A DNA stretch of 64,000 bases from Candidatus Multivoradales bacterium (GCA_965248925.1 CBDFLE010000005.1:1024001-1088000); one strand, 5' to 3'. Shown: positions 38,149 through 49,939, numbered from the stretch's first letter. The notes: generated by a model from the sequence alone, not told the origin. Numbers and translations are program-made.

Positions 38149-40512
38149 TCAGGACAGCCCAAGACAAATCGGGACGGTGTCGTCACAGCTGAACTTGGCC
38201 GTGCAGCTCTGATCTTCGCCCAACACGAATGAGATAACCGAACTCGTTCCAGAGCAGTCACCAAGCCACCGAACGAACTCGAAGTTGCCGTCGTCGTGAG
38301 CGGTCAGAGTTACCACCGTGCCAACAGCCAGGTTCTCCGTGCATTGGGTTTCGCAGAAGGTCCCGGGCGGCTCGATCTCGACCGTCGGTACTCCCTGACC
38401 GATGGTCGCGGCCACAGATACCGTCAGCTCTCGCATCTCCGGCACCGCGAACTCGGCCTGACAGGTCTTGTTCGAATTCATGGTGACGGCGGTCACGGTC
38501 GAAGTTCCGTTACAAGCTCCGGTCCAGCGTACGAAGATGTTGCCGGCGTCGGCCGTGGCCGTCAGAGTCACCGAGGATCCCTGGCTGAAAGCGGCGGTCT
38601 GCTGATTGCAGCCACTAGAACAGTCGATGCCAGTCGGCGAGCTGACCACTCGGCCGCTTCCGCCACCTGCTTTTTGCACCGTCAGATTGTAGGTCGGCAG
38701 GTCGTCGTAGTGGGCAGTGCAGGTCTCGTCCGCGGTCATGGTTACCGTCGTCGTGGGGTTGCTGCCCGAGCAGCTGCCGCTCCAGCTACTGAACTGAGAA
38801 GCACCGTCAGCGACCGCGGTCAGGGTTACGGTTGTGCCGTCGTCGAAAGTAGCGGAATCCTGCGAGCAACCCGGATCGCAGTCGATGCCCGCGGGATTGC
38901 TGAACAGGTCGCCGTCGCCGCTACCCGACTTGTTAGCGGTCAGCAACCAAGAGGTACCTGGCGAGGTGGTGAAGCTCGCCGTGCAGAACCGGTCGCCGGT
39001 CACCGTGAAGGTGAAACTCGGGTCACTGCCAGCGCAGCCACCGCTCCAGCCGGCAAAATCTGATCCCGAATCCGGCACCGCCGACAACGTGACGTCGATA
39101 TCAAATGGGAAGTAATCCTCGCAGACGTCACCGCAGGAGATCTCACCGGGCGAAGAGCTCACCACACCGCTCCCAGAGCCCACGTTGTTGACACTGACCA
39201 GGGCCAAGGTCGGCAGATCTCGGAAACCTTCGACCAGGCCGGCGGTGTTGTTGATCGTTCGTGCATTGTCGCGAGTCGAGCTACCCACCGACAGTCCGAG
39301 ATAAGTGACATCCGGACTCGAGAAATATTTCACCACGTCACAGAACCCGATCGTGCAGCGATAGGCCATCACTGTACGAATGCCGTCACTGGAGCCGTTG
39401 TAGCCGCGGGGGTAGGAGAAAGCTCCACTCGGGCCACCGTCGTCCTCGTGATGCGCGGCGCCCATGTTGTGCCCCATCTCGTGCAGAGCCACCCCATCGA
39501 AAATGAATTCGACACTGAAGATGCTGTAGGCCCGCGAAGCAAAGCCGGAGTCCCCGGCGCTCATCAGCTGGCTGGCGATGCCACCGACGAAGCTCCAGCC
39601 CGGCTGGACGGCCAGCTGCACCAGATCCGCGGCATGGATGTCGCGCAGCTCCTGGATCTCGGGGTTGGCGATCAGGTTGTCAAGATCGAAATCCGGACTG
39701 CCGATCAGATCGACCTCGACCCGCTGCGAGTGCGCCAGGTACATTCTCTGGGTGAGGAAGTTGTTGAACAGCACGTCGTTCATGTCCTGGACGATGATGA
39801 AGGCCAGCGCGTCTCCCGCTCCGCCCCAGGCGACCTCGGCCTCTAGAGTGTAGAGGATCATCACGTCGATGTCCTCGAACGCCTTGGCGGCTCCTGCATC
39901 GCCGACGGTCGGCGAGGGGCCTTGCAGCGCAAGCCCGGCAGCCGCACCCCGGTCGCTCTTCAGGCCGGTGCCGCCGCTCACCACCGCGATATCGGTCCAG
40001 GCTACGGACCGATCCATCTCTTCCACCGCGAATAGATTCAGGGTGGCAAATCGCATCCCCACCTTGCGAATCTGATATACCGCTCCGGGCAGTCGAATGA
40101 AGCCGGCCATAACGGCCCCGCCGACGCCGAGCGCTGACTCCTCGACCAGAATGAAGCTACTTCATAGCTGACCGATAAGACCTCCCTTCCAGATCTGCAG
40201 TCCGCCAGCAGTCGACCTCGAGACCTCGGCGGTATAGCTCGTATCGGCGAATAGATTGAGCTCGACTTCGAGTTTGTTCCTATTGGTCACCTGCGCATCG
40301 CGGTCGAGCAGCGCGTAGTTGCGACGCAGGATCAGGGGATCCCAGTCAGCTTCGATCTGCAGCTCCGCAGCGGTCAGCGACTGCTCTGCCGCTTCTTGAT
40401 CGAGGGTCGAGAAGAGCGGCTCTTGACCCCAGGCGTTGCTACCGAACACAGCGAACCACAAACAAGCCGCCAATAGCTTCAATTTCGTTCGGCCACTCTT
40501 GATCTCTGACAT
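38149..40512 (-). pseudogene. M12/reprolysin-like zinc metallopeptidase with four InlB-B-like repeats, interrupted by an in-frame TGA
   Basis: HEMGHNMGAAH, Met-turn RTVMAY, repeats G.V.S.P.GI.C...W.G.C.G. The signal-peptide ORF starting at 40512 is in the same frame, with a single TGA at 40162-40164. Confidence 0.8.
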
Positions 40513-40740
40513 TTCCGTCTCCTTGCAGGTTTTGCGTTCAGGCCCGTGAGCCCGCCGGCTCGACAGTCCGAAACGAGCCATCGGCCGACAGGTCTCGGCG
40601 GGTCCCCGGCGGGAGCAGGGCCCCGGCAAGCTGCCGGATTCCAGGTGAACAAGAGGACTCGCCCCGCGCCGGGAGTGCTTCCACTCACTGACGCGCAAAG
40701 TTCGAGCTAGAGATGCCACAGAAGGACTGGAGCGAACCAA

Positions 40741-40755
40741 GGGGGGGGGGGGGGG
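40741..40755. repeat. G15 homopolymer
   Basis: 15 consecutive G between the 40825 gene and the peptidase start. Confidence 0.9.
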
Positions 40756-40824
40756 TGGAGAAAGGGCAGAGAACAATCCGCGGCTGACGGCGCCCGCTGC
40801 AGCGGGCACCGACCGCTCACCAGC

Positions 40825-41514
40825 TCAGGGATCGTCGACACCGCTGACGCTGCCAGGCGGCACGAGAGACCAGCTCTCCGACAAGGGGCGAAATAGCAGC
40901 GTGCCATCGACCGGTTGCTCGCTGGCTAGCAGGCCCAGAATCGCCATGCGGGGCCGGCTGAACGAGCTCATCTGCAGGCCGTTCAACGCCAGCACCTGCT
41001 GGCCGTCGACGGCGAACCTCAGGCCGCCGTCGTTCTGGGTGCGATTCTCGATCCAGCTGACCCGGATCCGGCGGTCCCCTGGCAAGAGATTGACCAGCTG
41101 GTATTGCCCACCATTACCCAGGTCGTCGCTCCAGCTGGCCAGCAAGAACCGCCGCATCTGCTGCTGGCGGATGCTCAACCGCACGACCTCCGGCAGATTG
41201 ACCTCTCGACGCAGCTCGAAAACGTGAATCTCAGCATTCTGCTCGAGCTGCAGCTGATCCAGGTTCAGCTCGATCTCGAAATCCAGCTGCGCCCATCGGC
41301 GGATCAAGTCGAGCTCGATCCAGCCAATATCGGAAACCGCGCCGCGGCAGTCGTCGTCGTCGATGACCACCACCGTCACGTTCTCGGTAGCGCCATCGAA
41401 GCGCTCGAGAAAAGACGAGTCGCCCTGGCAGATCCAGCCGACCTCGGCCGCTTCCGCTAGCGCCGGAATCAGCAGCAATGACGCCAGGGTGATGATGTTC
41501 TTGGTCCACAACAT
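40825..41514 (-). CDS. Secreted hypothetical protein (beta-sandwich/LamG-like?)
   Basis: AAGGAG RBS, signal peptide, beta-rich sequence with G.LRFAVDG. Confidence 0.6.
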   Translation of the reverse strand: MLWTKNIITLASLLLIPALAEAAEVGWICQGDSSFLERFDGATENVTVVVIDDDDCRGAVSDIGWIELDLIRRWAQLDFEIELNLDQLQLEQNAEIHVFELRREVNLPEVVRLSIRQQQMRRFLLASWSDDLGNGGQYQLVNLLPGDRRIRVSWIENRTQNDGGLRFAVDGQQVLALNGLQMSSFSRPRMAILGLLASEQPVDGTLLFRPLSESWSLVPPGSVSGVDDP

Positions 41515-41784
41515 GTCCAGGTTCTCCTTGGTTCGGTCTTGGCTTCAAAATGAGCCGTCTATGTCTCTCCGCGACGGAAATGCGATCCCTATCCCTTGAC
41601 GCGTAATCGATGACTGGAAGCTGACACGGCCGGAAAGAAGCCTCAGGTCGGAAGAGACCAGGCTAGTCTTCTAGTTCAGCTGGAGATTTGGTAGAGAAGC
41701 CCAGGTTAGCAGCCGACCCGGACCGTACGGTACAGTCCCTGTCAACACCTCTGGACCGAAACTCGGAATCACAGGCAGATTGGC

Positions 41785-44334
41785 ATGACCGGCATTGATT
41801 GGCTACGGGCCAAGGAGCTCTTTCTGGAGTTGGCGGAGCTTGACGAGGGCTCTCGGCGAATGCACTTGAACGTTCTCGCCCAGCATGAATCGGAACTCGC
41901 TGATCAAGTCCGCTCCTTGCTCCGTCACGACACCGAAGGTCTCTCACCGACGGTTGCAGCCGGAGCCCTGGCCAAGACATTGGATCAGGCTCAGGACCGG
42001 CTCTGGGCTCAGCGGCGGCTGGGTCGCTACCGGCTCAAGAAGAAACTCGGCCAGGGCGGCATGGGAGTGGTCTACCTCGCTGAGCGGGCGGATCGAGAGT
42101 TCGAGAAAGAGGTGGCGCTGAAAGTGCTGCCGCTGGGCCTCGACACGCCCCTGGCGATCGACCGCTTCCGCCGCGAACGTCAGATCTTGGCGATGCTCGA
42201 GCATCCGGCGATCGCCCGTCTCCTGGACGGTGGCACCACCGACGACGGCCTGCCCTTCTTGATGATGGAGTACGCCCCGGGGCTACCGATCACCGATTAC
42301 TGCGAGCAGCAGCGGCTGCCCATAAGACAGCGCATCAAGCTGCTGCTGGAGGTCTGTGCGGCGGTCAGCTTCGCCAACGCCAATCTGGTGGTCCACCAAG
42401 ATCTGAAACCAAGCAACATCCTGGTCGACGCCGGCGGCAAACCGAAGCTACTCGACTTCGGTATCGCCAAGCTACTCGACGACCCAGCGGCCGAGCAGAC
42501 CCAGGTTCTCGCCTTGACCCCGGGCTACGCCAGCCCGGAACAACATGCCGGCGGACCGATCACCACCGCCAGCGACGTCTATTCACTGGGCGTCCTGCTG
42601 GGCGAGCTGCTGACCGGCCAGCGCCCGCGAACCGCCAACCCCCATGACTCTCTCGCCCCCTACAGTCTGACAGCCAAGCTCTCAGGCGACCTCGACAGCA
42701 TCGTCGACAAGGCGTTGCGCGAGAACCCGGCCGAACGCTACGGCTCGGTCGATCGTCTGGCCGGGGATCTGCGCCGCTACCTCGCAGGCCAGCCGGTCGA
42801 AGCCCGGCCGCCGACCTTCGTCTACCATGCCGGTAAGTTCCTCCGCCGCCATCGCTGGGCAGCTTCGACAGCTATTGCTTTCGCCTCCCTGCTGGTGGCT
42901 TTCTCCGTCTCTTCACTGCTCCAAGCACGCGCCACGGCACGCCAGCGCGACCGCGCGGAAGCGGTCTCTGACCTGCTCACTGAAGCCTTCCTCCAGGCAG
43001 ACCCATCACATAGCCGCCGCGGCGACGTCAGCGCGCGGGAGATCCTCGCCATCGGCAGCAGGATGGTGCGGAGGAAGCTGCGAAATGAGCCTCAAGTCAT
43101 GGCCGAGATGCTGCACACCATCGGCTCCGTGCAGTCTGCATTGGGCCTTTATCAAGAGGCCACCACCAACCTCGACGAGGCTGGCCTGCTACGCCGGCAG
43201 CTCAGTGGCGACGACAGCGCCAGCTCGGCCTCGACCGAACTCGAACAAGCACGATTGCACTATTTTCGCGCCAACTTCGACTTGGCAGAGGAGATCGCCC
43301 GCCGGGCCGCGGGCAAGCTGCGCCGCTACCGCTCGCCGGCAGTCGCGGAGGCGACCCACCTGATCGCCGACATCGTCTACAGCAGGGGTGACAAGGGTGC
43401 TCGCGACCGGGGCGTGGCGCTCCACCTTCAGGCGCTGGCAGAGAATGCGGCTCTGCTGGGCGAGGACAGCCTGCAGCATGCTGAAGGTCTATGCCGCTTG
43501 GCGGGCGCCTTGGGGCCCCATGGTCAGCGTCAGGAAGCTGCCGAGCTCTACCGACAATCCCTCTCTCTGCTCAACCGCTTGGCTCCGCCGAGCATCCGAC
43601 AGCAGCCCTTGCACTGCGCCAGCTAGCCTTCACCCAAGGCAGTCTGGGAGAGCTCGATTCAGCCCTCAGGTTGAGCCAGATGGCGCTCGCCATGGCCCAG
43701 CGGCTCTACGGCGGGAGCCACCCTTCAGTCGCTGAGGCGCTCAATGCGTTGGGCAGCGTTCACGTCGACCGGGGCGACCTCGAAGCCGCGACAGAGCAAT
43801 TCGAGGAAGCGTTGAGAATCCGCAAGAGAATCTATGGCGACGACAGTCCCAGGCTGTCGGTGGCGCACAACAACCTAGCCGTGGTGTATCGGGAATCTCG
43901 GTCGGCCGGAAGCCGCCGAGCCCCAGTTCCGCCGCGCCCTGGGGCTGCATCTGGCGGTCTCTGGCGCGGAGAACGTCCAGGCCGGGATGTTCTCCGCCAG
44001 CCTGGGAGAGACCCTGATCCACCTGAACAGGCTCGAAGAAGCTGAGTCACTGCTGCGTCAGGCGGTCGGCATCTTCGAGCGCCACTCTCGGGACGGCAAG
44101 AACGGCCGCAACGCCTGCATCGCCACCGCCGACCTCGGCGGCGCCCTGCTGCGGCAAGGGGAGATTGCCCAGGCGGAGAAGCTCCTCGGCCCCTGCCATC
44201 GCCTGCTCAGCAGCCAGCTGCGGCTGCCACCACGATTCAGGTTCCGTGCCACTGGCTGTCTGGTGGAGCTCTACTAGCAGACCGGTCGCGACGAATCGGC
44301 CGCCGAGCTAAATGCTTTGATCCACCTGCACTGA
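41785..44334 (+). pseudogene. Ser/Thr kinase-TPR gene with two frameshifts and a nonsense codon
   Basis: Kinase motifs present but HQD replaces HRD. The TPR region continues in other frames after about 43578 and 43895. In-frame TAG at 44275-44277, next stop at 44332-44334. Confidence 0.8.
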
Positions 44335-44353
44335 GCGGCTAGGCTGAGCATCG

Positions 44354-44932
44354 ATGAGCCAACCCTCGCCACCGGTCACCCAGCTCTTGCAACGCTGGAA
44401 GGAAGGCGAAGCACACGTTGAGGAAGACCTGCTGCGAGCAATCTACCCGGCCTTGCGGGCGATCGCCATCAAGCGCATCTCGAGCGACCCCTCGGCTTTC
44501 TCGCTGCAGCCGACCGAGCTGGTCCACGAGGCCTACCTGAAGCTCGTCGGGCAGACCGCTCGGTGGCAGAACCGAGAGCACTTTTTCGCTATCGCGGCAC
44601 GCATCATGCGCCGGATCCTGATCGATCAGCTGCGCCGCAAGCACAGCCAGAAGCGCGGTGCCGGGCTGCCGGTACTACCGCTCAGCGCGGCCCTCGAGAT
44701 CGCCGCCACTAACACCTTCGACTGGCTCGACCTACACTCGGCGTTGAGCGAGCTGGAGAAGGTCGATCCGCGGGCTGGGCGGATCGTCGAGCTGCGTTTT
44801 TTCGCCGGTCTGTCGGTCGAAGAAACCGCCACAGTGCTCGAGCTGAGCTCCCGCACCGTGCTCCGCGAATGGCGTTTTGCCCGCGCCTTCTTACAGCGGC
44901 AGCTGAGCGACAGCAGCAGCGATCATGTCTAG
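44354..44932 (+). CDS. ECF sigma factor, kinase-associated type (TIGR02999-like)
   Basis: VTQLLQRW, SLQPTELVHEAYL, MRRILID, VELRFFAGLS.EE. Confidence 0.92.
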   Translation: MSQPSPPVTQLLQRWKEGEAHVEEDLLRAIYPALRAIAIKRISSDPSAFSLQPTELVHEAYLKLVGQTARWQNREHFFAIAARIMRRILIDQLRRKHSQKRGAGLPVLPLSAALEIAATNTFDWLDLHSALSELEKVDPRAGRIVELRFFAGLSVEETATVLELSSRTVLREWRFARAFLQRQLSDSSSDHV

Positions 44933-45550
44933 GAACCAATCTCTCAACGGTGGTCTAGAGCCGATCGCCGTTGCCGCAGAGCAACCTCTGACGAGAGAAG
45001 CCGACAAGGGAAGGGGATGGTCGCAGCCAAACCTGGGGCAGAAGGTGGGGACTGGCGCGATGCCAGACCTCGGCGTGAGCCAGAGAAGCTCTAGAAGCTA
45101 AGAACCTACCCGCCCTGACCTCTCGGCCAAGGCCAATTAACACGGGCTGCGGACCCTTGTACGAGCGAGGCCGGCGCCACATCTTCGCATTTGCTGAGAC
45201 GACCCCACCAAGCGCAGAGGCCAGCAGCAAGACCAACAGGCGTAGTCCCTAGCTAGCCGCAGCGATGGGCTACCAGGTGTTAGCGGCTACGGGAAAGCGT
45301 ACGTAGTTGGTGTAGAGCGCAGACCAGCACCATTCTCTAGATCCCGCCCAACGGAATCATCATCCCCGCCGCAGGCGGGTCCGTGATCTTGCAGAATAGG
45401 GCTGTGGACGGAAGAGACGAAGGTCCAGGGGCAATTTGACTAGGCGGTCGAAACCCCTGGACCTCCCCAAGAAGCGCGACCGATAGGCCGGCTCGCGCTA
45501 AGTATCTTCGGAAATCATCGTCTCGTCTACCCTCTGTCCAGCTGGAGACG

Positions 45551-45973
45551 GTGCGCGAGGACTACCGGTGGTATTTCTGTGCTGGGTGTCGAGCCTCGGT
45601 CGAGATCTGCTCGCACTGTGACCGGGGGCAGATTTACTGTGGCCAGGAGTGCTCCAGCGCCGCCCGCCGCGAGTCCTTGCGAGTTGCTGGTTGGCGCTAC
45701 TGCCAGACCCCTCAAGGTCGCCGAAATCAGGCCGAGCGGCAGGCCCGATGGCGTCAGCGCCAGCAGGCCGAAGCGCAGAAAGTAACGCATCAGGGTACCC
45801 CACCCCCAGAGCCCCCAGTCATCCTCACTACGCCACCCCCGAGTGGGTCCAAGGACCGCCTTGCCCCGCTCGGCGAGCCGCGATGCTGCTTCTGTGGCGT
45901 TCTCTGCCGTCCATTCGTCCGTCTGGATCCCCTCAGACGACGACGGCGGCGCAAACGGAGAGATCGAAGATGA
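45551..45973 (+). CDS. Cys-rich (putative zinc-binding), basic protein inside IS21
   Basis: CAGC..ICSHCDRGQIYC...C and CCFCG. Stop overlaps the istA ATG (ATGA). Confidence 0.7.
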   Translation: MREDYRWYFCAGCRASVEICSHCDRGQIYCGQECSSAARRESLRVAGWRYCQTPQGRRNQAERQARWRQRQQAEAQKVTHQGTPPPEPPVILTTPPPSGSKDRLAPLGEPRCCFCGVLCRPFVRLDPLRRRRRRKRRDRR

Positions 45974-47469
45974 TTTCAGAAGAGAAGAAACAGGAGATCC
46001 TGCGCTACCACTTCGTGGAGAAATGGCGGCCGGGCACGATCAGCCGGCAGCTCGGAGTTCACTACGAGACGGTGCAGCGAGCCCTGCGGGATGCCGGGGC
46101 GCCGACGGCGATTTCGACCCGCAGCTCGATAGTTGATCCTTACCAGCCCTTCATGCACCAGACCTTGGAGAAGTTCCCGAGCCTCCCGGCGAGTCGGCTC
46201 TACCAGATGGTCAAGGAGCGCGGCTACTCAGGAGGTGAGGATCATTTCCGTCACCTGGTGGCTCGAATAAGACCTCGTCGCAAGGCTGAGGCTTACCTGC
46301 GCCTGACCACCTTGGCTGGCGAGCAAGGGCAAGTGGATTGGGGCCATTTCGGCTCTATCAAGGTGGGAGGCGCGGAGCACAGCCTGATGGGCTTCGTTCT
46401 GGTAGCGAGCTACTCGCGTCGGATCTTCCTCCGGTTCTTCCTCAACGCGCGGATGGAGAATTTTCTGCGCGGTCATGTGGCCACCTTCGAGAGATGGCAA
46501 GGTGTCTTCAAGATCTTGCTCTACGACAATCTGAAAAGTGTGGTGCTCGAACGCCGGGGCGAGGCGATTCGCTACAACCCCAAGTTCCAGGAATTTGCCG
46601 GCCACTACCGATTCGAGCCACGGCCAGTAGCGATCGCTCGGGGCAACGAGAAAGGACGTGTAGAGCGCGCCATTCGCTATATCCGAACTTCGTTCTTCGC
46701 CGGTCGGGAGTTCAAGGATCTCGACGATTTGAATCGTCAAGCCGAGGCATGGTGTGAGGGCTGGGCAGATCGTCGGAAATGGCATCAGGACCCCAGCAGA
46801 ACGGTCAGCGAAGCCTTCGAGGACGAGAGGTCCTACCTGATCGAGCTGCCCACCGAGCCGTTTCGGACCGAGGAGCGCGGCGAGGCTCACATTGGCAAGA
46901 CGCCGTATGCACGCTTTGATCGCAACGATTACTCGGTGCCGTTCGATCGGGTGCGCCGCACTCTGACGGTGCGCGCCAGCCTCTTAGAGGTACGCATCTT
47001 CGACGGTCACAAGGTCGTGGCGTGCCATCCCAGATCCTTCGATCGCAGCCAGCAGATCGAGAACCCCGAGCATATCCAGGAGCTTGTCGATCACAAACAC
47101 CGGGCGAAGAAACATCGGGGGCTCGATCGTCTCAGGCGCGCGGCTCCAAGGTGCGAGGCGCTGTTGCAGCGACTCGCCGAGAGAGGGCTGCCTCTGGGAA
47201 CCGCTACCGCAGCACTCCTGCGTTTGCTCGACCACTACGGCACCGAGGCTCTCACCTCGGCCGTCGAAGAGGCGCTCGGCAACCACTCCTGCGACGTCCA
47301 GGCCGTTCGCCTGGTGCTCGAGCGCCGTGAGCGCGAGCGTCAGGCCACGCCGATGCTTCCTCTCCGCCTACCCAAAGATCCCAGAATCCGGGATCTCGAC
47401 GTGCGCCCTCATGATCTCAACGACTACGACCGTCTCAGCCGCCAGGAGGATCCTCATGACGACGACTGA
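45970..47469 (+). CDS. istA: IS21 DDE transposase
   Basis: N-terminal HTH, GEQGQVDWG, LYDNLKS, EKGRVERAIRY. Confidence 0.95.
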   Translation: MISEEKKQEILRYHFVEKWRPGTISRQLGVHYETVQRALRDAGAPTAISTRSSIVDPYQPFMHQTLEKFPSLPASRLYQMVKERGYSGGEDHFRHLVARIRPRRKAEAYLRLTTLAGEQGQVDWGHFGSIKVGGAEHSLMGFVLVASYSRRIFLRFFLNARMENFLRGHVATFERWQGVFKILLYDNLKSVVLERRGEAIRYNPKFQEFAGHYRFEPRPVAIARGNEKGRVERAIRYIRTSFFAGREFKDLDDLNRQAEAWCEGWADRRKWHQDPSRTVSEAFEDERSYLIELPTEPFRTEERGEAHIGKTPYARFDRNDYSVPFDRVRRTLTVRASLLEVRIFDGHKVVACHPRSFDRSQQIENPEHIQELVDHKHRAKKHRGLDRLRRAAPRCEALLQRLAERGLPLGTATAALLRLLDHYGTEALTSAVEEALGNHSCDVQAVRLVLERRERERQATPMLPLRLPKDPRIRDLDVRPHDLNDYDRLSRQEDPHDDD

Positions 47470-48220
47470 AGATCTGCTCATCCGGGCCAAGAAGCTCGGG
47501 CTGCACGGTCTGGTCGAAGATTGGAGTCAACTTCAGAACCAGCCTTGGGTGCTGCCTTTGATCGACCGAGAGGAGATAGTGCGACACCAGAGGAGCCTCG
47601 AGAGGCGAATCCGCAACGCACACATCGGCACCTTCAAGCCGATGGCCGACTTCGACTACAAGTGGCCACGAAAGATCGATCGCCTGATGGTGGAAGACCT
47701 CTTCAACTTCCAATGGCTCGAAGAAGGAGCCAACGTCATCCTCTTCGGTCCCAACGGCGTCGGCAAGTCGATGATCGTTCAGAATCTCACCTACCAGGCC
47801 TTGTTGCGTGGCGCCACCGGACGCATGCTCACCGCCAGCGAACTGCTCAACGACCTCGCGGCACAAGAGAGTTCCAGGGCTCTGCAGCGGCGCCTGGCCC
47901 TCTACACCCGGCCCGATCTGCTGGCCATTGACGAGCTAGGCTACCTGTCCTACGACCATCGCCACGCCGACCTCCTCTTCGAGGTGGTAAGCCGGAGGTA
48001 TCAGAAGAAATCTATTCTGCTGACCACCAACAAACCCTTCTCCGAGTGGCAGAGCGTCTTCGCCTCGGCCACCTGCGTGGTCACCCTTGTCGATCGGCTC
48101 GTACATCACGCCGAGATCGTCACCATCGAAGGCGACTCCTATCGGCGCAAAGAAGCAGAAGAGGAAAAGAAACGGCGAGCACAAGACCGCGCGCGGCGGC
48201 GAAAGGCGAAGGTGTCATGA
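47456..48220 (+). CDS. istB: IS21 AAA+ helper ATPase
   Basis: GPNGVGKS, LLAIDELGY, TTNKPFSEW, DRLVHH..G.SYR. Confidence 0.95.
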   Translation: MTTTEDLLIRAKKLGLHGLVEDWSQLQNQPWVLPLIDREEIVRHQRSLERRIRNAHIGTFKPMADFDYKWPRKIDRLMVEDLFNFQWLEEGANVILFGPNGVGKSMIVQNLTYQALLRGATGRMLTASELLNDLAAQESSRALQRRLALYTRPDLLAIDELGYLSYDHRHADLLFEVVSRRYQKKSILLTTNKPFSEWQSVFASATCVVTLVDRLVHHAEIVTIEGDSYRRKEAEEEKKRRAQDRARRRKAKVS

Positions 48221-48558
48221 GCAAGTGCGACTACGTCCAGGCGATTCTCAGAGCTTACCTTGAGCAGCAGGAGACCCCTGCTCAGGCAAGACCCACTGAC
48301 CGCGTACTCGCTCTTGATCTCTACCAGCAGCAAGTCTCCATCGATCAGATCAGAGCAGCCATTCTCCTCGCAGCCGGTCGACGAATCCAGCGATCTCCAG
48401 AGGCACCCAAGCTAGCCAAGATCCGATCCCTCGCCTACTTTGCGCCGGTGATTCGAGAACTCGATGGCCTTGAAGACATCGAGGGGTATCTCAAGTATCT
48501 CCAAAGCACCGCTCGGCGCGAGCAGGGGCTGCACACCGGCTCGGATTACACCGAATAG
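48217..48558 (+). CDS. Hypothetical protein inside IS21
   Basis: ATGA-coupled to istB. Contains IRSLAYFAPVI. Ends inside the right IR region. Confidence 0.65.
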   Translation: MSKCDYVQAILRAYLEQQETPAQARPTDRVLALDLYQQQVSIDQIRAAILLAAGRRIQRSPEAPKLAKIRSLAYFAPVIRELDGLEDIEGYLKYLQSTARREQGLHTGSDYTE

Positions 48559-48577
48559 ATACGTTCTTGCTCAGCCG

Positions 48578-49939
48578 CTAACACCAGGACGGTCTCTGGT
48601 CTAGCACACCGAGCAGCGGCGATCTGCCTCGAGAATCCTTCTTGATCGGATGCCAGGCATCCGCCAATAATGTGCCTGGCACCTTTTCGACCGGCCCTTT
48701 GTTGTTGTGGCGCCTTCGCGCCCATCTCCAGAGCTGTCCGAAGATGAAGTGGTCGATATTCTGGAAGGTCTTCGAGGCAACGAGATGACGGAACTGGTGA
48801 GCCCAGCCGCGGAGGACGCGGTTGAGCTGGTGCAGTAGATTTTCCGTCTTGGTTCCGAAGTTCCGACGAATGAGGCTCCGCGTTCTTTGGATGAGATCCT
48901 TGACGTTGGCCCGCATTGGGCGCATCAGGAGCTTGCCGTTGTACTTACGTACATTGGCTCCAAGGAAATCGAAACCGTCGTCGATATGCACGATCTGGGA
49001 CTTCTTTTCGGACAGTCTCAGACCGCGTTCTTTGAGAAAGGCGGTAACCGCGGGGACGACGTTCTCTTCCAGGAGTTCCCTGGTTCTGGCCGTGGCCACG
49101 AGATCGTCTGCGTACCGAATGACATGGACCTTGGCGGCGGGCTCCTTCCCTTTTGGGCGTGGAACCGCCGAAAGGACATGAGCTTCTAAACCGTCCAAGG
49201 TCATATTCGCCAAGGTTGGCGAGAGGATTCCTCCTTGGGGAGTGCCTTGCTCAGTGGGGTGGAACATCTCACCTTCGAAATATCCGGCCTTCAGCCATTT
49301 CCGGAGTAGACTTCTATCCATCGGGATATGGTCTAGTAACCATTGATGGCTGATTTGATCAAAACAGGCTTCGATGTCCGCGTCGAGCACCCATTCAGCT
49401 GCGTTGCCCTTAGCCAATACCATGTGGCATCGCACATGGGCATCTTGGATCGAACGGGCTTTGCGGAATCCATAGGAATTTGGATCCGCCCTTTGCTCGG
49501 CTACTGGCTCGAGAGCCAGCAGATGAAGAGCTTGCATCGCTCGATCGTGCATACACGGGATACTCAGCGGACGTTTTCCGCCGTTGCGTTTTGGAATGTG
49601 GATTCGCCGTAGTGGCTGAGGCTGATAGCCTCGCCGCTTCAGCTCGTCCACGGCCTGCATCTTCTGCCGAGAGGTGTTCCAGAGAACACCGTCGATTCCC
49701 GGCGTGCGCTTTCCCTGGTTCGTCGTCACCCGACGAACCGCCAGCCGCTTCGCAGGCAGCGCCTGAACCAAAATTCGCTGGAGGGAGCGCACCTTCCCCC
49801 AGCGTTCTTTCCGAGCTGCCTTCGCAATACGAACTTGTAGCCGCTCAACGGTTTTGTACGTCCACCGCCAGTCGATATCCGACCAGCTTTCGACACCGCC
49901 CGAAGGTGCGCCGACCGCGAATTTCTTCGGGTCATCCAT
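48578..49939 (-). pseudogene. ltrA: Group II intron reverse transcriptase/maturase, C-terminally truncated
   Basis: RT N-terminal extension (W..IDW...V.RLQ.RI.KA), TPGIDG, SYGFR, GTPQGGILSP, RYADD, GFDFLG, domain X up to WARRRHNNKG. After about 48695 the sequence is unrelated and reads into the IS end. Confidence 0.9.

Larger units (their letters stand above)
45278..48583 (+). mobile_element. Complete IS21-family element (3306 bp, four ORFs)
   Basis: Ends TGTTAGCGGCT...AGCCGCTAACA, with imperfect IR similarity extending ~37 bp. Flanked by a 5-bp duplication CCAGG (45273-45277, 48584-48588). Confidence 0.93.

Noticed and set aside
44955-45236. 93-aa minus-strand ORF beside the IS21 left end
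   Set aside because: No convincing RBS or motif. It could be a remnant but cannot be supported.
48578-49939. Retron, Abi or other defence RT
   Set aside because: The N-terminal extension, domain X and upstream intron RNA identify a group II intron protein.
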